A stretch of 64,000 nt of DNA, from the NCBI GenBank assembly GCA_001917665.1, contig MNEL01000027.1, forward strand, positions 18,866 through 82,865. The letters are read 5' to 3'. Each line of letters opens with the position of its first letter. The stretch's first letter is position 1. Positions 21,194-30,620 of the stretch are shown in pieces. Below the pieces are notes generated by a model. The model made no database searches. It was not told the DNA's origin and saw nothing but the letters and a program-made list of their open reading frames with translations. Position numbers and translations under genes: made by a program. Origin of the DNA: Gemmatimonadetes bacterium 13_1_40CM_69_22. Its GTDB lineage: Bacteria; Gemmatimonadota; Gemmatimonadetes; Gemmatimonadales; GWC2-71-9.

Positions 21194-21222
21194 ATACTTC
21201 GTTTCCATTCGTACATTGTCAA
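21194..21222 (-). promoter_or_regulatory. Candidate sigma-70-type promoter for xylAB (TTGACA-N17-AAGTAT)
   Basis: On the minus strand, TTGACA lies at 21222-21217 and AAGTAT at 21199-21194 with a 17-nt spacer, about 55 nt upstream of the xylA ATG. Pattern match only. Confidence 0.25.
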
Positions 21223-21281
21223 GCCGTCGAATCGACGCCGCACCCGGCAGCGCCGCTCATTCCTTCAACCTGCTGGCGCCC

Positions 21282-22685
21282 ATGCACCCGTTGCTGATCC
21301 TGTTGGTGGGAATGACCACGATCCTCGCGGGGATCCTCGGGCTCCGGCTGAACGCTTTCCTCGCGCTGATCACCGCCGCGATTGTGGTCAGCTTGCTTGC
21401 CCCCGGTGAGCCCGCGGTGAAGATCGCTCGCGTGGCGGAGGGGTTCGGCCGCACGGCGGGCAGCATCGGGGTCGTCATCGCGCTGGCGGCGATCGCGGGT
21501 AAAGCGATGATGGAGAGTGGGGCGGCGGACCGGATCGTCACGGCGTTCCTCGCGTTGCTGGGTGTGCAGCGCGGCGCGACGGCCCTGTGCGCCACCGGCT
21601 ACGTATTGTCGATCCCGGTGTTCTTCGACACGGTCTTCTACCTGCTGGTCCCCTTGGCCCGCTCGATGTACGCGCGCACCAACCGCAATTATCTCAAGTA
21701 CATCATGGCCATTGCGGGGGGCGCGGCGGCGACACACACGCTGGTCCCGCCCACTCCCGGACCGTTAGCGGTGGCCGGTACGCTGGGCGTGGACCTGGGA
21801 ACCATGGTCCTGGTCGGCTTGGTCGTGGCGCTCCCTGCGGCGGGGGTCGGGCTGCTTTTCGCCGGATGGGTGGACCGCCGCATGCCCGTGGTGCCGCGAA
21901 CCCCCGCCGCCCCCGCCCTGCGCGGGAGTGACGCAGAGCCGGCGGCTACGCAGCCGTTTCCTGGTCTCGTTCCCTCACTCCTGCCCATCATCCTGCCCGT
22001 GCTGCTGATTTCGTCGAACACCGTGGTGCTGTCCATGACGGCACGTCCGGGGGCGCACCTCGCGACCTGGGCAGCCCTAGCTCCCTACACCGCGATCATC
22101 GGGAACGCCAACCTGGCGCTGCTCGTGTCCGCGGGCGTAGCCATGTGGGTGTACGCGCGGCAACGCGGCGCCAGCCGGGCGGCGCTCGCGGAAATGGTAG
22201 AGACGTCCCTGATGAGTGCGGGCGTGATCATCCTGATCACGGCGGCAGGGGGGGCGTTCGGGGCGACGCTGCAAGCCGCGCAGATCGGGCCCGTGATCGA
22301 GCGGGCTTTCGTGGGGCAGGCGGCCGGGTCGGGGACGGGCTCCGGCCTGATCTTTCTGTTCCTCGGGTTCGGGGTCGCGAGCCTGATGAAAATCGCCCAG
22401 GGCTCGAGCACCGTCGCGATGATCACGACCGCGGCGATGCTCGCGGCGATGCTGCCCGCGAGCAGCGGCGGTCTGCCGTTTCACACCGTGTATGTCGCGA
22501 CCGCGATCGCCAGCGGGTCGCTCGTCGGAACGTGGATGAACGACAGTGGGTTCTGGGTGTTTTCGAAGATGGGAGGAGTGACGGAGCTCGAGACCCTCAA
22601 GTCGTGGACTCCCCTGCTGGCGGTGGTCGGCGTTACCGGCATGGTGACGACCGTCGCGCTCGCGCTGCTCGTGCCGCTGCGCTAG
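21282..22685 (+). CDS. GntP-family (gluconate/sugar-acid:H+) permease
   Basis: Start taken at MHPLLILLVGMTTILAGILGLRLNAFLALI. It is a polytopic protein with a typical GntP N-terminus and ...GSSTVAMITTA... near the C-terminus. Confidence 0.85.
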   Translation: MHPLLILLVGMTTILAGILGLRLNAFLALITAAIVVSLLAPGEPAVKIARVAEGFGRTAGSIGVVIALAAIAGKAMMESGAADRIVTAFLALLGVQRGATALCATGYVLSIPVFFDTVFYLLVPLARSMYARTNRNYLKYIMAIAGGAAATHTLVPPTPGPLAVAGTLGVDLGTMVLVGLVVALPAAGVGLLFAGWVDRRMPVVPRTPAAPALRGSDAEPAATQPFPGLVPSLLPIILPVLLISSNTVVLSMTARPGAHLATWAALAPYTAIIGNANLALLVSAGVAMWVYARQRGASRAALAEMVETSLMSAGVIILITAAGGAFGATLQAAQIGPVIERAFVGQAAGSGTGSGLIFLFLGFGVASLMKIAQGSSTVAMITTAAMLAAMLPASSGGLPFHTVYVATAIASGSLVGTWMNDSGFWVFSKMGGVTELETLKSWTPLLAVVGVTGMVTTVALALLVPLR

Positions 22686-22744
22686 CAACCGGCTCAAAGT
22701 CGATTGCGGGATGAGCTGGAGAGTTTGCACAACCGGCTACCGAT

Positions 22745-23527
22745 CTACGACTTCGGTGCCGCAGGTTTGGCCGCGTAGATGAACTCGTAGTAGTCGCGCA
22801 TGGTCAGGTCCGCGGCTGCCTCCTTGTCGGCGATCACGATCGCATCACGGTGCAGCTGGATGGCACTTGCCGTCACCATGCTGGTGACCGGTCCCTCGAC
22901 GGCTTGGGCAATCGCCTTGGCCTTCGCCTTCCCGCTCGCAACCAGGACCAGCTTGCGCGCATCGAGGATGGTCCCGACGCCCATGGTGATCGCATAGACC
23001 GGCACACCCTCTCGGTGCTCGAAGAACCGGGCGTTGTCGTCGATGGTCTGTTTGGACAGCGTCTTGAGCCGCGTCCGCGAGCTCAGGGAGCTCCCCGGTT
23101 CGTTGAATGCGATGTGGCCGTCGGAGCCGATGCCCAGGATCTGCAGGTCGATACCGCCGCATTCCGCAATTCGCTCCTCGTACCATTGGCAGAAGGCGGG
23201 GTAGTTGCTGGTCGTGCCCGAGGGAATATTGATGTTGTGCCGCGGGATGTTCACGTGCTGGAAGAAGTGCTCGTGCATGAAGTAGTGGTAGCTCTGGGGG
23301 TGATTCACGGGCAGGCCGACATATTCGTCGAGGTTGAACGTCGTGACACGAGAGAAGTCGAGTTGCGCCTCTTTGTGCAGCCGCACCAACTCCTGATACA
23401 GGCCGAGTGGCGTGGACCCGGTCGCCATGCCGAGCACGGCATTCGGCTTGGTGTTGAGCACCTCTGCGACGATCTGCGCCGCGGTCTTGCTCATCTGCTC
23501 GTAGTCTCGCTGAATGATGACTTCCAT
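22745..23527 (-). CDS. nagB: Glucosamine-6-phosphate deaminase
   Basis: Start taken at MEVIIQRDYEQMS. Motifs: GMATGSTP...FNLDEYVGLP...GIGSDGHIAFNEPGS. Confidence 0.85.
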   Translation of the reverse strand: MEVIIQRDYEQMSKTAAQIVAEVLNTKPNAVLGMATGSTPLGLYQELVRLHKEAQLDFSRVTTFNLDEYVGLPVNHPQSYHYFMHEHFFQHVNIPRHNINIPSGTTSNYPAFCQWYEERIAECGGIDLQILGIGSDGHIAFNEPGSSLSSRTRLKTLSKQTIDDNARFFEHREGVPVYAITMGVGTILDARKLVLVASGKAKAKAIAQAVEGPVTSMVTASAIQLHRDAIVIADKEAAADLTMRDYYEFIYAAKPAAPKS

Positions 23528-23532
23528 GAGCC

Positions 23533-25020
23533 TCAGCCCGCCTCTTCCCATCGTCTGGCGCGGTCGAGCGCCTTCCGCCAGCCGGTCTCGAGCTGCTTGC
23601 GTTGTGCGGGTTTCATCGCGTGCGTGAAGCGGCGATCCACCTGCCACTGCGCCGCGATCTGCTTTAGGCCTTTCCAATAGCCGACGGCCAATCCCGCGAG
23701 ATACGCCGCGCCGAGTGCCGTGGTCTCGGTGACCTTCGGCCGCACCACGGGAACTCCCAGCAGGTGCGACTGAAATTGCATCAGCAGGTTGTTCGCAGAC
23801 GCGCCGCCATCCACGCGCAGCTCCTTCAGCTTGATCTTTGCGTCAGCCTCCATCGCCCGCAGCACATCAGCCACCTGAAACGCGATCCCCTCCAACGCCG
23901 CGCGCGCGATATGCGCCGCTGTCGTGCCGCGCGTGACGCCCGCTACGAGGCCGCGAGCGTATTGATCCCAGTGCGGCGCGCCGAGTCCGGCGAATGCGGG
24001 GACTAGGTACACTCCCTGCGTATCATCGACCTGCGAGGCCAGGGCTTCGATTTCCGATGACGACTTGATGATGCCGAGTCCGTCGCGCAGCCATTGCACC
24101 ACCGCACCGGCGATGAAAATGCTGCCTTCCAGCGCGTACTCGGTCCGGCTCCCGATGCGCCACGCCACCGTCGTCAGGAGATTGTTCTTGGAGGCAATCG
24201 GCTTGGTGCCGGTGTTCATGAGCATGAAACAACCGGTGCCGTAGGTGTTCTTCACCATTCCGGGCTGGGTGCACGCCTGGCCGAACAGCGCCGCCTGCTG
24301 GTCGCCCGCAATGCCGGCTATCGGCACCGCGCCGCCGAACAGCACCGTTTCGCCATACACCTCGCTCGACGAGCACACCGCCGGCAACATCGAGCGCGGC
24401 ACCCCAAACACCTCCAGCAGTTCGTCGTCCCAATCACCGGTCCGCAGATTGAACAGCATCGTGCGCGACGCGTTGCTCGGATCGGTCACGTGCACGCGGC
24501 CGCCCGTCAAGTTCCACACCAGCCACGAGTCCACGGTGCCGAACGCCAGTTTGCCTGCCTTCGCTTTGGCGCGCGCGCGGGGGACGTTGCGAAGCATCCA
24601 CTCCAGTTTCGTGCCGGAGAAATACGCGTCCACCACCAGGCCGGTCTTACGCTTGATCAAGGGCGCGAGGCCGCGGGCCTTCAGCCGGTCGCACGCGGCC
24701 GCGGTGCGGCGATCCTGCCAGACGATGGCGTGCGATACGGGCTCGCCCGTCTCGCGATCCCAAACCACGGTTGTTTCCCGCTGATTCGTGATCCCGATGG
24801 CGGCGATGTCGGCCGCAGTCAGGCCGGCCTTGGCGATCGCTTCGGTCGCCGTGTGCAGCTGCGTGGCCCAAATCTCCGTCGCATCGTGTTCCACCCAGCC
24901 GGGCTTGGGAAAGATCTGACGAAACTCCTTCTGAGCCGACGCGACAACGCTCCCGCTATGATCAAACACGATGGCGCGCGAGCTCGTCGTGCCCTGATCG
25001 AGGGCCAGGATGTACTTCAT
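23533..25020 (-). CDS. glpK: Glycerol kinase
   Basis: Start taken at [20 protein letters not shown]. Motifs: GWVEHD...[11 protein letters not shown]...[10 protein letters not shown]. The ATG overlaps the glpF stop (ATGA). Confidence 0.95.
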   Translation of the reverse strand: MKYILALDQGTTSSRAIVFDHSGSVVASAQKEFRQIFPKPGWVEHDATEIWATQLHTATEAIAKAGLTAADIAAIGITNQRETTVVWDRETGEPVSHAIVWQDRRTAAACDRLKARGLAPLIKRKTGLVVDAYFSGTKLEWMLRNVPRARAKAKAGKLAFGTVDSWLVWNLTGGRVHVTDPSNASRTMLFNLRTGDWDDELLEVFGVPRSMLPAVCSSSEVYGETVLFGGAVPIAGIAGDQQAALFGQACTQPGMVKNTYGTGCFMLMNTGTKPIASKNNLLTTVAWRIGSRTEYALEGSIFIAGAVVQWLRDGLGIIKSSSEIEALASQVDDTQGVYLVPAFAGLGAPHWDQYARGLVAGVTRGTTAAHIARAALEGIAFQVADVLRAMEADAKIKLKELRVDGGASANNLLMQFQSHLLGVPVVRPKVTETTALGAAYLAGLAVGYWKGLKQIAAQWQVDRRFTHAMKPAQRKQLETGWRKALDRARRWEEAG

Positions 25021-25747
25021 GCCGGCCACCACGTCTTGTACAGCAAGGCCGCGATCAAGCCGCCGATGATTGGTCCCGCCACCGGTATCCACGCATAGCT
25101 CCAATCCGAATGCCCCTTGCCCGCGATCGGCAGGAGCGCGTGCGCGAGCCGGGGACCGAAGTCGCGCGCCGGGTTGATCGCGTAGCCGGTCGGCCCGCCC
25201 AACGAAAGGCCGATGGCCCACACGAGGACACCGACCAGCCAAGGGCCGAATCCCGCGTCCCAACCGTGCACAGGGTTGAGGTTCTTCGGTGTCAGGATGG
25301 CCAGCACACCCAGCACCAGCACGCTGGTGCCGGCGATCTCGGTGAATAGATTCGCGGGCGAGTTGCGAATGGCGGGGGCGGTGCAAAAGACGGCCAGCTT
25401 CGCAGCTGGCTCTCCGTGACGGGCCAGTGTGGCAAGTAAGTGAGCCAAACTACGCCCGCACCGAGGAATGCGCCGAGCATCTGGGCGGTGATGTAGAGGG
25501 GCACCGAGGCCCACGCGAACTTGCCGATGGAGGCCAGGCCGATGGTCACTGCAGGGTTGAGATGCGCGCCGCTGAAGGTGCCGACGGCATAGACCGCGAC
25601 CGTCACGCCGAATGCCCAGCCGGCGGTGATAACGATCCACCCGCCGCTCTGGCCCTTGGTTCTATTGAGCACCACGTTCGCGACCACGCCATCGCCCAGG
25701 ATGACCAACAGCATGGTGCCGAGCAGTTCTGCAAGGAAAGGTGACAT
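25017..25747 (-). pseudogene. glpF: Glycerol uptake facilitator (aquaporin family) split by an apparent 1-nt frameshift
   Basis: The N-terminal half, containing HLNPAVT (NPA box 1), is in one frame (25747 down to ~25420). The C-terminal half, containing [11 protein letters not shown] (NPA box 2), is in another frame ending at 25017. The total span is 731 nt, which is not a multiple of 3. The frame switch is inferred near 25405-25425. Confidence 0.7.
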
Positions 25748-25854
25748 AGGGTTGAATGGTGCGGCGAAGCTACGAAGGCCACAGCGCGTTGTCCATACGT
25801 GCGAATCGTTGTGGACGTCGCCTCGGGAGGCGCACGCGCCTCAACTCCCCTTCA

Positions 25855-25980
25855 CCAGCCTTTCAAGCGCTCAGGGCCGAGGGCGGCGGCGATTTCGGGG
25901 TGGAGGACCTTGACTGCGACGGGACGGTGCTGCTTCGGGTCGATCGCGAGATAGACTACACCCTCCGCAACGATATGGCA
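25855..25980 (-). pseudogene. Relic of a Hanks-type Ser/Thr protein kinase N-lobe (about 42 codons, stops on both sides)
   Basis: The minus-strand translation reads CHIVAEGVVYLAIDPKQHRPVAVKVLHPEIAAALGPERLKGW*. It matches the end of the kinase Gly-loop (GxVY), the VAVKVL catalytic-Lys strand, and the PE..A..G.ERF motif common in bacterial STKs. A TAG lies immediately upstream and a TGA immediately after. Confidence 0.4.
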
Positions 25981-26007
25981 CTACTCGGCATGACCTCAGG
26001 AGCTACT

Positions 26008-26394
26008 ATGCCCCACGACATGGGAACTTTCCGCGTAGACGTCGAGATCGAGAACCCCGCCCGCCCGGGCGAGCGACGAGCCCTCAAATCGGTGCTGGTG
26101 GACACCGGCGCGGAATTGTCGTGGGTTCCGGCCGAGATTCTCGAATCGTTGGGCGTCGAGCGCAACAACAAGTGGCGCTTCCGCCAGGCCGACGGAACGA
26201 TTCTGGAGCGGTGGACTGGCGGTGTGTCCGTCTACGTGGTCGGGAAGCGGGCGGCGGACGAAGTAGTGTTCGGAGAGCCCGGCGACCTCGTATTGTTGGG
26301 CTCACGCACGCTGGAAGGGCTCAACTTCCGGATTGAGCCCGTCACCAAACAATTGGTGGACGCAGGCCCGGCGCCGGCCGCCGCCGCGGCGTAA
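26008..26394 (+). CDS. Retropepsin-like (clan AA) aspartic protease, single-domain
   Basis: 128 aa from ATG 26008, with AGGAG 7 nt upstream. It has the LVDTGA catalytic-Asp motif and ...[10 protein letters not shown]... Alternative upstream in-frame starts exist at 25975 and 25756. Confidence 0.65.
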   Translation: MPHDMGTFRVDVEIENPARPGERRALKSVLVDTGAELSWVPAEILESLGVERNNKWRFRQADGTILERWTGGVSVYVVGKRAADEVVFGEPGDLVLLGSRTLEGLNFRIEPVTKQLVDAGPAPAAAAA

Positions 26395-26500
26395 GACAGC
26401 AAGCGGCTACCGCCGCTCGTCGTGCTCGTGCTGCTCGTGCCCCTGCGCTGGACGCGGACGCTGCTGGCGATTCGGCGCCCGTCGCCGCAACGTTGTGGGC

Positions 26501-28501
26501 ATGCACGGGAAGCTCGATGCGCCACCGCTCGATGCGGTACTCGGTTCGGCCAGCGCGGTCGCCGCCGGCCGCCTCGCCGGTGACGGGCCCGCGGGCCAGC
26601 TCCCCCTCACTCCCGACATGCTGCGCGAGGAGCCGAGCGGCAACGTATTTGGCCTGACGCAGAACGTGGGCATGGGCTGGAGCCCCGCGGCCCTCGAGGG
26701 CCCGCAGTACGTCATCGTCAGCACCCACGGCGGCCTGCGGAGCGAGGACGGGAGCCCGGTGGCGCTGGGATACCACACCGGGCACTGGGAGATTGGGCTC
26801 CTGGTCCGGGCGGCAGCCGAGACGCTGCGCGCCGCGGGGGCGATCCCCTTTGCGGCGTACTGTAGCGACCCCTGCGACGGCCGCACCCAGGGGACCACGG
26901 GGATGTTCGATAGCCTGCCCTATCGCAACGACGCGGCCGTCGTCATGCGCCGGTTGATCCGTTCGCTCCCCACCGCGTCGGGCGTGATGGGTGTCGCCAC
27001 GTGCGACAAGGGCCTGCCCGCGACGATGCTCGCGCTCGCCGGCTGCGGGGAGCTGCCCGGCGTAATCGTCCCCGGCGGCGTCACGCTGCCGGCGGTCGGG
27101 AGCGAGGACGCGGGCCAGGTGCAGAGCCTGGGCGCGCGCTTCGCCCGAGATCTCGTGAGCCTCGACTACGCGGCCACGATGGGTTGCCGCGCCTGCGGCT
27201 CGGCCGGCGGGGGCTGCCAGTTCTTGGGGACCGCGGCGACGTCTCAGGTGGTGGCGGAGGCGCTCGGCCTGGCACTACCGCACAGCGCGCTGGCGCCGTC
27301 CGGTGAGCCGGTGTGGCTCGAACTCGGCGCCCGCTCGGCCTTCGCCCTGGTGCGGCTGCACGCGCTCGGGATTCCGATCAAGCGGATCCTGACCCAGCAC
27401 GCGCTCGAGAACGCGATGCTGGTGCACGCGGCGTTCGGCGGGTCGACCAACCTGCTGCTGCACATCCCGGCGATTGCGCATGCGGCGGGGCTCCGGCCGC
27501 CCACGCTGGACGACTGGATCCGCGTGAATCGGGCCACGCCGCGCCTGGTCGATGCCCTGCCGAACGGCCCGCGCGGTCATCCTACCGTGCAGGTCTTCAT
27601 GGCCGGCGGTGTGCCCGAGGTGATGCTGCACCTGCGCCGCATGGGCCTGCTGCACGGCGACGTGCTCACGGCGACGGGCGACACCCTCGATGCGACGCTC
27701 GACTGGTGGGAGGCGAGCGAGCGGCGACGCGCGGCGCGAGCGCGGCTCGCCGCCGCCGCGGCGGTCGCTCCCGACGACGTCATCATGGGTCCCGACGCCG
27801 CGCGCGGGGCGGGCCTGACCAGCACCGTCGTTTTCCCGGTGGGGAACTTGGCACCCGAAGGGGCGGTGATCAAAGCCACCGCGCTCGACCCCGCCGTCGT
27901 GGGAGACGATCAGATATACCGCCACCGCGGCCCTGCGCGCGTGTTCGTCGACGAGCGGGACGCGATCCGGGCCGTGAAAGGAGCGACCGAGCGGCCGATC
28001 CGACCGGGAGACGTGATCGTGCTGATCGGCACGGGGCCATCGGGCACCGGGATGCAGGAGACCGCGCAGATCACCACCGCGCTCCGGTATCTCCCCTGGG
28101 GGAAGCACGTCGCGCTCCTCACCGACGGCCGTTTTTCCGGGTTCTCAAGCGGCGCGTGCGTGGGCCACATCGGACCCGAGGCATTGCACGGCGGCCCGAT
28201 CGGCCGGGTGCGCGACGACGACCTGATCGAGATCGTGATCGACCGCGGCACGCTCGCGGGTTCGGTCGACCTCGTGGGAGCGGCCGGGCAGCCGCTCGAC
28301 GCGGCCGCATGCGCCGCGCTGCTGGGGCAACGGAGCCCGCACCCCGGGCTCGCGCCCCACCCCGCCCTGCCCGCGGACACGCGCCTGTGGGCGGCGCTCC
28401 AGCGGGCGAGCGGCGGCACCTGGGCGGGCTGCGTGTACGACGTCGATCGCATCGTGGCGGCGCTCGAGGCCGGTCTCCACCTCACCAAGGAGCGAACGTG
28501 A
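26501..28501 (+). CDS. D-xylonate dehydratase, YjhG/YagF branch of the IlvD/Edd family
   Basis: Start taken at MHGKLD. Long colinear identity by eye with E. coli YjhG: [131 protein letters not shown]. Confidence 0.85.
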   Translation: MHGKLDAPPLDAVLGSASAVAAGRLAGDGPAGQLPLTPDMLREEPSGNVFGLTQNVGMGWSPAALEGPQYVIVSTHGGLRSEDGSPVALGYHTGHWEIGLLVRAAAETLRAAGAIPFAAYCSDPCDGRTQGTTGMFDSLPYRNDAAVVMRRLIRSLPTASGVMGVATCDKGLPATMLALAGCGELPGVIVPGGVTLPAVGSEDAGQVQSLGARFARDLVSLDYAATMGCRACGSAGGGCQFLGTAATSQVVAEALGLALPHSALAPSGEPVWLELGARSAFALVRLHALGIPIKRILTQHALENAMLVHAAFGGSTNLLLHIPAIAHAAGLRPPTLDDWIRVNRATPRLVDALPNGPRGHPTVQVFMAGGVPEVMLHLRRMGLLHGDVLTATGDTLDATLDWWEASERRRAARARLAAAAAVAPDDVIMGPDAARGAGLTSTVVFPVGNLAPEGAVIKATALDPAVVGDDQIYRHRGPARVFVDERDAIRAVKGATERPIRPGDVIVLIGTGPSGTGMQETAQITTALRYLPWGKHVALLTDGRFSGFSSGACVGHIGPEALHGGPIGRVRDDDLIEIVIDRGTLAGSVDLVGAAGQPLDAAACAALLGQRSPHPGLAPHPALPADTRLWAALQRASGGTWAGCVYDVDRIVAALEAGLHLTKERT

Positions 28502-29508
28502 TCTCGGTGCAACGCTGGATTCGTGTCGTGGCAATGCTCATGGCGTTCGCGCCCGAGCTGCTGCTCGCGCAGGATCCGTCCATCGTGGCCCCTGGCGCCA
28601 AACTCGAGAGGTTATTCGGCGACGGGTTCTTCACCGAGGGTCCGGCGCAGGCGCCCGACGGGTCGGTCTATTTCTCGGACATCACCTTCGTCAAGGCATC
28701 CGGTTATCAGGCAGGCCACATCTGGCGCTGGGATCCGCGGACCGGGACGACCACGGTGTTCCGCTCGCCGAGCGGGATGTCCAACGGGATCGTGTTCGAC
28801 GAGCAAGACCGCATGGTCGTCGCGGAGGGGGCGGGGTTCGGCGGCCGCCGCATCACCCGGACCGATATGAAGACCGGCAAGGCCGTGATCCTCGCCGGGC
28901 TCTACAACGGACGACCCTTCAATTCTCCGAACGATCTCGTGCTCGATGCGCGCGGGCGCATCTACTTCACCGATCCGCGCTACTCGGGTTACGAGCCGGT
29001 CGAGCAGCCGGTGCAGGGGGTGTACCGCATCGATCCCGACGGACGCGTCTCGCTGGTTGCAGCAAATGCCGGCAAGCCGAACGGGATTGCCGTGTCTCCC
29101 GATCAGGCCACGCTGTACGTCGCCTCCATCGACAACGGATCGTTCGACGAGGATTTGCCGCCGGAGACGCCGGTTACGCCTGGACGCATGGCGCTGCTCG
29201 CGTACGACCTGGCGCCGGACGGCTCGGCGAAATTCCGCCGCACCGTGGTGGATTTCTCGCCGGGCGTCGGGCCCGATGGGATCAGCGTGGACCGGGACGG
29301 CAACATCTATTGCGCGATTCCGGGCGAGCGACCGGGCATCCATGTCTACTCTCCGGCCGGGAAGGAGCTGGCCTATATCCCGACGCCGGACCCCCCGACG
29401 AATGTGAAGTTCGGCCGCGGGGCGGATAAGCAGACGTTGTTCATTACGGCGCGGAAAAGTCTGTACCGGATTCGCGTGGAGCGGAGCGGGTACCACCCAG
29501 GCTCCTAA
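28498..29508 (+). CDS. Secreted SMP-30/gluconolactonase/LRE-family lactonase
   Basis: GTG 28498 overlaps the dehydratase stop (GTGA). Signal-peptide-like N-terminus (M)[25 protein letters not shown]. Family motifs: [60 protein letters not shown]. Confidence 0.8.
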   Translation: MISVQRWIRVVAMLMAFAPELLLAQDPSIVAPGAKLERLFGDGFFTEGPAQAPDGSVYFSDITFVKASGYQAGHIWRWDPRTGTTTVFRSPSGMSNGIVFDEQDRMVVAEGAGFGGRRITRTDMKTGKAVILAGLYNGRPFNSPNDLVLDARGRIYFTDPRYSGYEPVEQPVQGVYRIDPDGRVSLVAANAGKPNGIAVSPDQATLYVASIDNGSFDEDLPPETPVTPGRMALLAYDLAPDGSAKFRRTVVDFSPGVGPDGISVDRDGNIYCAIPGERPGIHVYSPAGKELAYIPTPDPPTNVKFGRGADKQTLFITARKSLYRIRVERSGYHPGS

Positions 29509-29538
29509 CGCCTCAGGCGGCGCCAAATCCATAGCCCG
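29505..29538. repeat. Right copy of the 34-bp perfect direct repeat (functional 3' end of dedA; also contains the lactonase stop codon)
   Basis: Identical to 15673-15706. On the minus strand it encodes ...[10 protein letters not shown] plus TAG. Confidence 0.95.
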
Positions 29539-30107
29539 AGGGTCACCACCGCCGCGAGCGCGACCACGGCCAGGGCGCCGTTCACGCGCGTGACCGCCCG
29601 CAGGACCACATCGAGGTTCGTGCCCAGCACGGCAACGAGGTACGTGAGGAGCCCGTACCACAGCGCCGACGCGAGCGCCAGCGGGACGAGTGCCCGCACC
29701 GGCGGGACGCCGGCGATTCCGGCGAACGGCATCACCACGCCACGCCACACGGGCAGCAGCCGGCTCAGGAAGATCCCGTACGTGCCGTGCCGGTGGTATT
29801 GCTGCTCGATCTGAGCGAGGGTGTGCTCGGAGAGCAGCCGTTGCCCGAGCGGGCCGCGGAAGAACGGCCGCCCGAACCGCCGAGCCAGCAGGTAGACCAC
29901 CGCCCCGGCGCTCACGTTGGCGCTCCAGGTGAGCCCGAACACGCCCCAGGCGTCGAGCACCCCCCGCCCCGCCAGGAACGCGCCGAGGGCGACGACGGTG
30001 TCGGCCGGAACCGGGGGAAACAGATTCTCGAGGGCGGCGAAGACGGCGATCAGCGCGTAGAGGGGAGCTGGGGGGAGGGATTCGAGGGAGTGGACGAGGT
30101 CGGTCAC
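29505..30107 (-). CDS. dedA: DedA/SNARE-associated family membrane protein
   Basis: ENLFPPVPADTVV...G....R..P..R and a polytopic profile. Start taken at GTG 30107, overlapping the ispF stop (GTGA). Confidence 0.8.
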   Translation of the reverse strand: MTDLVHSLESLPPAPLYALIAVFAALENLFPPVPADTVVALGAFLAGRGVLDAWGVFGLTWSANVSAGAVVYLLARRFGRPFFRGPLGQRLLSEHTLAQIEQQYHRHGTYGIFLSRLLPVWRGVVMPFAGIAGVPPVRALVPLALASALWYGLLTYLVAVLGTNLDVVLRAVTRVNGALAVVALAAVVTLGLWIWRRLRR

Positions 30108-30571
30108 TCCAGCACCGCCACCGCGATCACCGCCACCCCTTCCCCACGCCCGATCCACCCCATTCCTTCGTTCGTCTTCCCCTTCACGGAAATGGCGTTC
30201 GCCGCAACGGACAAGGCGGCAGCGAGCCGCTCGCGCATCTGCGCTACGTGCGGCCCGATCTTCGGCCGCTCGGCGATGACCGTGATGTCGGCCTGAACCA
30301 ACCGGTGGCCCGCGGCCGCGACCATGCGATACGCCTGTTGCAACAGCTCGAGCGAGTTGGCGCCCTTCCAGCGCGGGTCCGAGTCGGGAAACAAGCTGCC
30401 GATATCCCCGAGTGCGGCGGCGCCCAGCACGGCGTCGGTGAGGGCGTGCGCGACGGCGTCGGCGTCGGAGTGGCCGGCGAGGCCCCGCGGGTGCGGAATC
30501 TCGACCCCCCCGAGGATAAGTTTGCGGTCGTCGGCGAAACGGTGCGAGTCGTACCCGATGCCGACACGCAT
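30104..30571 (-). CDS. ispF: 2-C-methyl-D-erythritol 2,4-cyclodiphosphate synthase
   Basis: MRVGIGYDSHRF...GHSDADAVAHALTDA..GDIG..FP. 155 aa. Confidence 0.95.
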   Translation of the reverse strand: MRVGIGYDSHRFADDRKLILGGVEIPHPRGLAGHSDADAVAHALTDAVLGAAALGDIGSLFPDSDPRWKGANSLELLQQAYRMVAAAGHRLVQADITVIAERPKIGPHVAQMRERLAAALSVAANAISVKGKTNEGMGWIGRGEGVAVIAVAVLE

Positions 30572-30620
30572 GGCTCCGTCTCCTCGCTCATGTGGCGCGG
30601 ACGCAACAGCCCCGCTCCGG

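Larger units (their letters stand above)
15673..29538. mobile_element. Putative inserted carbohydrate-catabolism island bounded by 34-bp direct repeats (no mobility gene inside)
   Basis: Flanking perfect direct repeats. It is the only mixed-strand block within a minus-strand run. It also contains a frameshifted glpF and a kinase gene fragment. Mobility itself is inferred, not shown. Confidence 0.5.

Noticed and set aside
21141-21281. Sigma-54 (-24/-12, TGGCAC-N5-TTGC) promoters, looked for because rpoN is present. The spacers upstream of xylA/gntP, glpF, nuoA and ispF were inspected.
   Set aside because: No element with the correct GG-N10-GC spacing was found by eye. TGGCGCCCATGCACC near 21273 has the wrong spacing.
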